IMG/VR virus record: IMGVR_UViG_3300037604_000053
Coordinates: 1 to 41,604 of that record
Source of the DNA: a virus
Taxonomy: Duplodnaviria > Caudoviricetes
Strand: one strand, 5' to 3'
Length of the DNA: 41,604 bases
The first letter of the stretch is position 1. Every line of letters starts with the position of its first letter. Under the pieces are notes generated by a model. That model did not search any database, had not been told where the DNA came from, and was given only the letters and a program-made list of their open reading frames with translations. Below, in pieces: positions 36,152 through 41,604 of this stretch. A program made the translations under genes and the position numbers.

Positions 36152-36813
36152 TGCTTCCGGGTATTTCCAGCATTGCGGGATTTGTCGGCGGGACCGGAAG
36201 CGAATGGGAGTTTGTCGGCTCTGAAAGTGCGACTGGCGCAAACCAGGTTCCCATTCATGCGAGTGCCGAGGCGGGCGACATTGCAATCTGCCTTGAGTAC
36301 AGCGTTGACACTGCTGCTTCCGTCAGCATACCCGCTGGCTGGACGGAAATTGGCAAGCTGGTTTCCACCTATGGATACGCATTCTACTACAAGGTGCTTG
36401 AACCGGGTGATCTGGCGTCGAGTTTTGGGGCAACTGCGAACAGTAGCTATCAGGGTGAAAAACTGATGATCATCGTCCGTAACGAGGACGTTGATACACC
36501 GGTAGCCAATGAGTTTGTGGTTACCACGCTCGGCGGTGGCGCACCTGCCGATCAAACCATAACCGCTTCAAACCAGTCATCGCCTTGCTGTGTTGTCGGA
36601 GTGGCCATGGCGAGAACAAATGCGGGTGGCGGATCACTGGACACCAGCTTTGACAATTCGCCGGCGTTTGATGAAACCTTGCAGGGGGCAAACACCAACC
36701 CCTGTATCACTGCCGGACTGAAATTCTTCGGCAATTCCTCACCATCCGACATGGTTGTTTCCATGGGCGATGCCGGTTTCGGCAATGGATTGGCCGGCTT
36801 TACAATTTCCTGA
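36151..36813 (+). CDS. Fibre-associated beta-rich protein
   Basis: GTG overlapping the previous stop; AEAGDIAI...IPAGWTEI...YYKVL. Confidence 0.65.
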   Translation: MLPGISSIAGFVGGTGSEWEFVGSESATGANQVPIHASAEAGDIAICLEYSVDTAASVSIPAGWTEIGKLVSTYGYAFYYKVLEPGDLASSFGATANSSYQGEKLMIIVRNEDVDTPVANEFVVTTLGGGAPADQTITASNQSSPCCVVGVAMARTNAGGGSLDTSFDNSPAFDETLQGANTNPCITAGLKFFGNSSPSDMVVSMGDAGFGNGLAGFTIS

Positions 36814-36859
36814 GCGATAGCGTCGGGATCCAGCATTTATTCAGAAACAGGAGAGTGTC

Positions 36860-37726
36860 ATGAACTTTCAAGGACCGGCCAAACGGCTGGACGATATCGA
36901 CTTGCCAAAAATCGGGGCCCAGATCGGCGTTGGCGAGGACGAACTGCATGCAGTGATTGATGTTGAAAGCCGGGGCACCGGTTTCGACAAGAAAAACCGG
37001 CCCATCATTCTGTTTGAGCGTCACTGGTTCTATCGCCTGTTGCCCAAGCACAAACGGGACCAGGCGATGAAGGCCGGTCTTGCTTCAACACGATGGAGCA
37101 GGGCGACTTATGGCATGGATCAGTATGACCTGTTGCGCCGTGCTATGAAGATTGATGAACAAGCTGCTCTCAAATCCTGTTCGTGGGGCCTGTTCCAGAT
37201 CATGGGCTTCAATCACGAAGCGGCTGGTTATCCTTCCGTACAAAGCATGGTGATCGACTTCACGATTGACGAGGAAAACCACCTGCAGGCGGCAGTCAAT
37301 TTCATTGTCAAGAACGGACTGGATGATGAACTGCGCCGGCATGATTGGGCAGGCTTTGCAGAAGCATATAACGGTCCCGGTTACCGCAAAAACCGGTATG
37401 ACGAGAAACTTGTAGAAGCATATCTCAAATGGTCCCGGATCCGCGATACACCATACAATCCCGAACTGGTTGAAGTGGTAAAGGATGCTGCAGCTTCTGG
37501 CCGGTTGTCGACCACCAATGTTGCTGCCGGCATGGCCGGTATTGGCGGTGCCGCGTCTGTGGCCGGGCAGGTTGCCGACACGGTAAACGAAACCCGGAAT
37601 GCCGCTGACAGCATCATGGCTGCGGGTCCGTGGATCCTGCTTGCGATTGTGTGCATTGGAGCGGCTGTCTGGATTTACCGGGAAAGGCGCAGAAAGTCCT
37701 CCAGGGCTCGCCGGGCGCTGACATGA
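36860..37726 (+). CDS. Endolysin, N-acetylmuramidase (DUF3380-type) with C-terminal TM helix
   Basis: AVIDVESRG, ILFERHWF, SWGLFQIMGFNH and WAGFAEAYNGPGY; terminal WILLAIVCIGAAVWIY followed by a basic tail. Confidence 0.92.
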   Translation: MNFQGPAKRLDDIDLPKIGAQIGVGEDELHAVIDVESRGTGFDKKNRPIILFERHWFYRLLPKHKRDQAMKAGLASTRWSRATYGMDQYDLLRRAMKIDEQAALKSCSWGLFQIMGFNHEAAGYPSVQSMVIDFTIDEENHLQAAVNFIVKNGLDDELRRHDWAGFAEAYNGPGYRKNRYDEKLVEAYLKWSRIRDTPYNPELVEVVKDAAASGRLSTTNVAAGMAGIGGAASVAGQVADTVNETRNAADSIMAAGPWILLAIVCIGAAVWIYRERRRKSSRARRALT

Positions 37727-38283
37727 CACCGGCACTCATACTTCAAGGCTTGTTCCGTTGGATCGGCTGGCCGGGGATAGTTGGCATTTGTGTCTGGCTG
37801 TTCTTTACCGGTGTTCCCCTCCTTGGCTGGTGGCCGTTCTCCCTTGTCTTCGAGGGGGTGCCTGTCATCGGTTACGTGATCGAGGGGGAGATTGCCCGGC
37901 GCATCGAGGCTCATGATGCAGAGCGTGACCGCCTTGCGGCACTGAGAATGAAACGGGCTGCAGAAGAATTGGCCAGGCGCCATGCGGAAAGGCTTGCAGA
38001 GTTGCAGAAACAGGGTGAGCGGGATGCACAGTCCCGTGTCAACCTTGCAACCGGTGAAGCGGATGAGCGTGAACGCTTCCTGATTGCCGGACGGCTTGAG
38101 CGTGAAGAACGCATTCGCCAGCTTCAGCAAGTGCTTTCCGACCGTTCTGACAATCAAGACACATGCGAACCGGAGGTTGTTACCCGCCATGTTGAAAAAC
38201 TTGTGCCGCAAGCATGCGGTTATCCTGGTGATGCTCGCCCCAGTGCCAGTTTCCTGCGCGAGTACCGGAAACTCAAACCTTGA
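37723..38283 (+). CDS. Inner-membrane spanin (Rz-like)
   Basis: N-terminal hydrophobic segments followed by a long coiled coil; follows the endolysin. Confidence 0.7.
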   Translation: MTPALILQGLFRWIGWPGIVGICVWLFFTGVPLLGWWPFSLVFEGVPVIGYVIEGEIARRIEAHDAERDRLAALRMKRAAEELARRHAERLAELQKQGERDAQSRVNLATGEADERERFLIAGRLEREERIRQLQQVLSDRSDNQDTCEPEVVTRHVEKLVPQACGYPGDARPSASFLREYRKLKP

Positions 38284-38467
38284 TCCGGTCAGGCTGGACC
38301 CGGGATTGTTCCAGACACCTGCCGGGCCGGTCGAGGAACCCAAAACCAGAACAGAGACAGAGCAGGCCGCACTTGTGAACGGCCAGCGATTGAATGCCTG
38401 CATTTTCCAGATTCAGGAAATCAGGAAGGATCTCGAATTGCGGGATCAAATCCAGTTCGGCGGATAG
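38189..38467 (+). CDS. Outer-membrane spanin lipoprotein (Rz1-like)
   Basis: GGAGG RBS; lipoprotein-like signal ending PVS-C; Pro-rich; overlaps the 3' end of Rz in another frame. Confidence 0.68.
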   Translation: MLKNLCRKHAVILVMLAPVPVSCASTGNSNLDPVRLDPGLFQTPAGPVEEPKTRTETEQAALVNGQRLNACIFQIQEIRKDLELRDQIQFGG

Positions 38468-38494
38468 CCGGACAATCCAACCAAGGAGCGAACA

Positions 38495-38980
38495 ATGAGA
38501 ATGTTCAAACTTGCGGCTGTAATTGCCGCCACGATTGCCCTTTGCCTTTCCACCTTGAACCTGTCCATGGCGGAGCCCGTCCTGCAGTTTAAGGTTGGCA
38601 ATCATGTAGACAATAGCCGGGGCTGCAAAGAGAACCCGGCCTATTATGAGTTTCGTACAGTCCTTTCCGACTTTGCCATAGTAGCGAAGCGTTCGGGTCA
38701 TTCATGGCGCAAGCTGCCAGATCTTGACCCAAGCCAGTCGTTCAGGCTTCGAACGTGGCTGGTGGCGGATTTCCCCTCAGCATCATCCTATGACACCTAC
38801 CAGGGATTTGTGACCCCAAAGGCTGCTTACATTCTGGCAGGGAAACGCATCAAGAACCCATATCCCGATTCCCGCAAGCCGATGTTTTCGGTCTGTCTGC
38901 TCTACTGGCTGGATAATGACCGGGCTGAGCAGATATTCGGAATTGCACCAATCCGGCTCATGAAGGGCCGGGAACTGTAG
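38495..38980 (+). CDS. Secreted hypothetical protein
   Basis: AAGGAG RBS; Sec signal peptide ending SMA-EP. Confidence 0.8.
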   Translation: MRMFKLAAVIAATIALCLSTLNLSMAEPVLQFKVGNHVDNSRGCKENPAYYEFRTVLSDFAIVAKRSGHSWRKLPDLDPSQSFRLRTWLVADFPSASSYDTYQGFVTPKAAYILAGKRIKNPYPDSRKPMFSVCLLYWLDNDRAEQIFGIAPIRLMKGREL

Positions 38981-39009
38981 CCAAATCGCAATCTCGGGAG
39001 GTTCTGCAG

Positions 39010-39441
39010 ATGCATACAGAAGCAGCATCCATTCATCACCACGGTGAGCGTATTTGGCGATGGCTATGGGCCATGGACACGCGCTTTGCCGAATTGATCC
39101 TTGGCACATTCATATTGATCAGGGGCATTGCCATCGGCTTAGACAGTTCCTCCATGGAAGGGGAGGTGTACGCCAACTTCCGGGACTTTATGGAGCCGCG
39201 GTTGTGGTCATTGCTGTGTATTCTGGCTGGCCTGTTCATACTGGCCGGCCTGTTTATCAACGGGCTCTGGCGACGTTCCCCGTTTCTGAGGTTTACGGGC
39301 GCACTGATCGGGGCTGTGTTCTACGCGATGCTTGCAGCGCTGTTTCTGAATGCACCGGTGACAATTCTCGTTGTGACAAATCACGGGCCCATTGCGGTCG
39401 CGTTCATTTGGGTGGCTATCAATATAGCATCAAAGACTTGA
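39010..39441 (+). CDS. Four-TM membrane protein (holin candidate)
   Basis: Four hydrophobic helices; located in the lysis cassette. Confidence 0.65.
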   Translation: MHTEAASIHHHGERIWRWLWAMDTRFAELILGTFILIRGIAIGLDSSSMEGEVYANFRDFMEPRLWSLLCILAGLFILAGLFINGLWRRSPFLRFTGALIGAVFYAMLAALFLNAPVTILVVTNHGPIAVAFIWVAINIASKT

Positions 39442-39450
39442 GGGGCTGTT

Positions 39451-39768
39451 ATGTGGGAATGGCTTGCGGCATGGACGCCGGAAGAAATAGTAGGCTTCAT
39501 GGTCGCGCTTGGGGTTGTTTTGGGTGCATACAGGGTCAAAGGTGCAGCAAAGCCCAAGAGCGTTTCCGCGCCGACGATAGACGCATCAGGAATGCTGCAT
39601 CATGCCGCGCTGGCACCACTGGACCGGATGGTAATTGAACGGGTTCTGGATGAGGTCAACGAATTGAAACGGGATCTGAAAGAGGTTCATGCCGATGTGA
39701 GCGTTATTCGCCGCGAGACCCTGAGAACGAATGATCGCCTCGAATTGATTATGAAGAATCCTCCCTAG
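39451..39768 (+). CDS. Single-TM coiled-coil protein (holin/antiholin candidate)
   Basis: GAGGGG RBS; N-terminal TM; C-terminal coiled coil. Confidence 0.65.
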   Translation: MWEWLAAWTPEEIVGFMVALGVVLGAYRVKGAAKPKSVSAPTIDASGMLHHAALAPLDRMVIERVLDEVNELKRDLKEVHADVSVIRRETLRTNDRLELIMKNPP

Positions 39769-39822
39769 GGGGATATCCCCTGGTCGGACAGTCATGCCTG
39801 TCTGGCCGTATTGTGTACCTTG

Positions 39823-39853
39823 CCCCGCTTCCGAAAGGTCGCGGGGTTTTTTT
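39823..39853 (+). terminator. Rho-independent terminator ending the late operon
   Basis: CCCCGC...GCGGGG stem followed by T7. Confidence 0.85.
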
Positions 39854-40015
39854 GTTTGCCTGAATTCTTGGGCCGTCAATATTAACTATATTGAGGCCTT
39901 GGCCGGTAGCGTTTCAGTTTAAAAAAAGCAAAAAGTGATGCATAATGACAAAATGAGTCAAGGTTCATTTTTTATATTTCTTTGTGTGGAAAGCGTGGAA
40001 AACGCTACCCATATG

Positions 40016-40031
40016 TTAATAAAATGTTAAC
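40016..40031. promoter_or_regulatory. CtrA box
   Basis: TTAA-TAAAATG-TTAAC matches TTAA-N7-TTAAC; a second near-match ATAA-N7-TTAAC lies at 40120-40135. Confidence 0.62.
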
Positions 40032-40263
40032 AGGGTAAGCGCGTCAATTTCGCATTTTATGTCAAAAACTGTTGTCAATTCTCAAGTTTCCCTGTACGAA
40101 ATGTATAATCCCGGAATCAATAAGACGTTGTTAACGGGTTTTTAGCAATATGCTATTGACTTTTGGTGTCAAACAATAAAGTCGAATCGCCTTGACCGTC
40201 TTGAAGGTGACATGTTTGGCTTCTATATTTTGTCTCAGAAGTCAAGGCCTGTTGTCTGAGGCG

Positions 40264-40497
40264 ATGGTGCCAAGGCGACCAAATGATGAGCAGCGATCAT
40301 CTGATTCTGTTGGCTGCGTTGCAATGGTTGGCAAAAATCGCAACAGGTGAAGAAAGCGATGATGGGTACATGAGTGCTGGTTGTCGTAAAAGTGGTTTGG
40401 CGGGTGCAAAATCTTGCGCCAAGCGCATAACTAAGAAGGAACGATCTGCGATTGCTAGAAAGGCTCTAGTGCTCGATGGTCAAAAAGGAGAAACGCT
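40264..40497 (+). pseudogene. Frameshifted small basic protein (MP.GP.G.KRPAD...KIATGE...AAARW type)
   Basis: Three frame segments: MVPRRPNDEQRSSDSVGCVAMVGK, then IATGEESDDGYMSAGCRKSGLAGAKSCAKRITKKERSAIARKA, then SARWSK. Confidence 0.6.
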
Positions 40498-40737
40498 ATG
40501 GATAGGATCTGTGATGATGCATTACATGAATTCTTGTTTGAGCATGAGGGTGCCAGCTTGGTAAACCTAAAGCTTCTGCGCGGGGATTCTCCTGATGTAT
40601 CAAAAGAGCAAATTTGCGAGCAGTTGCATTCTGCCTTGGTCCAGAAAGCAGCTGGTCAAGCGCATACAGTTAGTAATTTCCCCGACACCAAAGGGGGGGG
40701 CTCCATCATCTTGGCGGAGCTTGAAAAGCTTTTATAA
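40498..40737 (+). CDS. Small acidic hypothetical protein (79 aa)
   Basis: AAGGAG RBS; clean ORF upstream of the peptidase-like gene. Confidence 0.78.
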   Translation: MDRICDDALHEFLFEHEGASLVNLKLLRGDSPDVSKEQICEQLHSALVQKAAGQAHTVSNFPDTKGGGSIILAELEKLL

Positions 40738-40759
40738 TTTGCTAAAAGCAAACATGCAG

Positions 40760-40792
40760 AAAAGCCCGGACAATCTGTTCGGGCTTTTTTTT
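40760..40792 (+). terminator. Intergenic Rho-independent terminator
   Basis: AAAAGCCCGGACA-ATC-TGTTCGGGCTTTT with a T8 tract. Confidence 0.85.
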
Positions 40793-40803
40793 AAGGTATA
40801 ATC

Positions 40804-41415
40804 ATGTCGCTTAAAAAACTTTTTGAAATATTTGATACTTACGAAAGTTTATGGATCGATATAAATGATATTAGAGATCAGATTATTGATTTTGGAATTC
40901 AGGATGAGATTAATTTCAATTTTGTAAGGATCGATGATCAAATCGTTCGAGGTTTTTTGCATCGATATACTATACCTAATGGTGTCTACGAAGAGCCAAA
41001 GTTTGTTTCTGATATTTATATAGCGGAAACATTGGATGAAAACTGGCAACGTGTAGTCGCAGCCAAGGAGCTGCTACATATTCTTGACACACCAAATACT
41101 ACAGCGCAGAGTATTAGTGCCGTCGATGCGTTACTAGATAACTTGTCTCTCCCTCCAGAGGTCAGAGAGTATACAAACTCATCACTTAATGATCGTGCTC
41201 GCTTAATTTCAGCGGTTGCCATTTTGGTACCCAAAGAGTGCAGAACAATTATCAGGCGGTTACACTCAGAGAAAAAGTTAAACCTAAGTGACATATCCCA
41301 ATTTGCTAAAATTCCACATAGATTCACAAATATGATTATTAGTGAAGAGTTTGAGGACTCCATGAGGTTGATTCATCAAGTTGACGATGAAATTGAAACT
41401 GAAAATAACGCTTGA
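40804..41415 (+). CDS. ImmA/IrrE-like zincin with variant motif KELLH
   Basis: IYIAETLDENWQRVVAAKELLHILD resembles R-F-x-x-A-HExxH; later SAVAILVP and a C-terminal HTH-like segment; visibly AT-rich. Confidence 0.7.
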   Translation: MSLKKLFEIFDTYESLWIDINDIRDQIIDFGIQDEINFNFVRIDDQIVRGFLHRYTIPNGVYEEPKFVSDIYIAETLDENWQRVVAAKELLHILDTPNTTAQSISAVDALLDNLSLPPEVREYTNSSLNDRARLISAVAILVPKECRTIIRRLHSEKKLNLSDISQFAKIPHRFTNMIISEEFEDSMRLIHQVDDEIETENNA

Positions 41416-41477
41416 TTTTTAATATTAAACATTGAGTTTAAGCTATCCATTCTATTACAGGGTGTCGGCTGTTGCGC

Positions 41478-41490
41478 GCCCCCGCAACCA
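41478..41490 (+). repeat. attR core GCCCCCGCAACCA
   Basis: Exact copy of the tRNA 3' end, within the inverted repeat GTTGCG-N6-CGCAAC (41471-41488). Confidence 0.9.
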
Positions 41491-41525
41491 TCTCGTCCTG
41501 CTTTACGTCAAGTAGGCCGTATAAA

Positions 41526-41547
41526 TTGCGAACTCCCGCAACCATCT
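41526..41547 (+). repeat. Second attR-like site
   Basis: TTGCG-N6-CGCAA, and CCCGCAACCATCT repeated 54 bp after the first copy. Confidence 0.7.
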
Positions 41548-41604
41548 TAGCCTGCTGAGGCGAATAATCATTCGCTTTCAAGGGTTTACTCTTTGTTACG
41601 GCGA

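Noticed and set aside
39905-40009. 10-bp inverted repeat GGTAGCGTTT/AAACGCTACC as MITE ends
   Set aside because: Short, no target-site duplication and no second copy in the window.
40283-40564. Intact 93-aa gene as given in the ORF track
   Set aside because: Only the middle matches a recognisable family; the flanking matches are in other frames, so it is treated as a pseudogene.
41481-41547. CRISPR-like repeat-spacer-repeat
   Set aside because: Only two 13-bp copies, which match the tRNA 3' end (att core); no cas genes.

Overview
The window is almost entirely one apparently complete temperate prophage (predicted excised circle 41,363 bp). The host looks alphaproteobacterial, judged from its tRNA-fMet type, CtrA boxes and gene families. 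The prophage is integrated at the 3' end of a host initiator tRNA-Met (51-127) and flanked by a 13-bp direct repeat GCCCCCGCAACCA (115-127 and 41478-41490). From left to right it carries: a large serine integrase; a leftward early operon with a DnaN-like sliding clamp; a lambda-like CI/Cro switch with five 19-bp operators; a phage-borne second tRNA-fMet; three DNA methyltransferases (a ParB fusion, an N6/N4 enzyme, and a C5 enzyme with a nested alternative-frame subunit); an orphan HicB/HTH divergent switch; a replication initiator with internal iterons; a NusG-like antiterminator; a lambda-like cos, terminase and head module; a siphovirus tail; a lysis cassette; and an AT-rich cargo module next to attR. 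The most notable signal is that attP lies inside the integrase gene, so integration and excision swap the integrase C-terminus (LVAGAGFEPATFRL versus LVAGARNSRHPVIEWIA). A second in-frame att-like copy lies 54 bp further on, and the phage's own tRNA-fMet carries a single compensated change within the att core. All product calls come from motif recognition by eye; no database searches were run.
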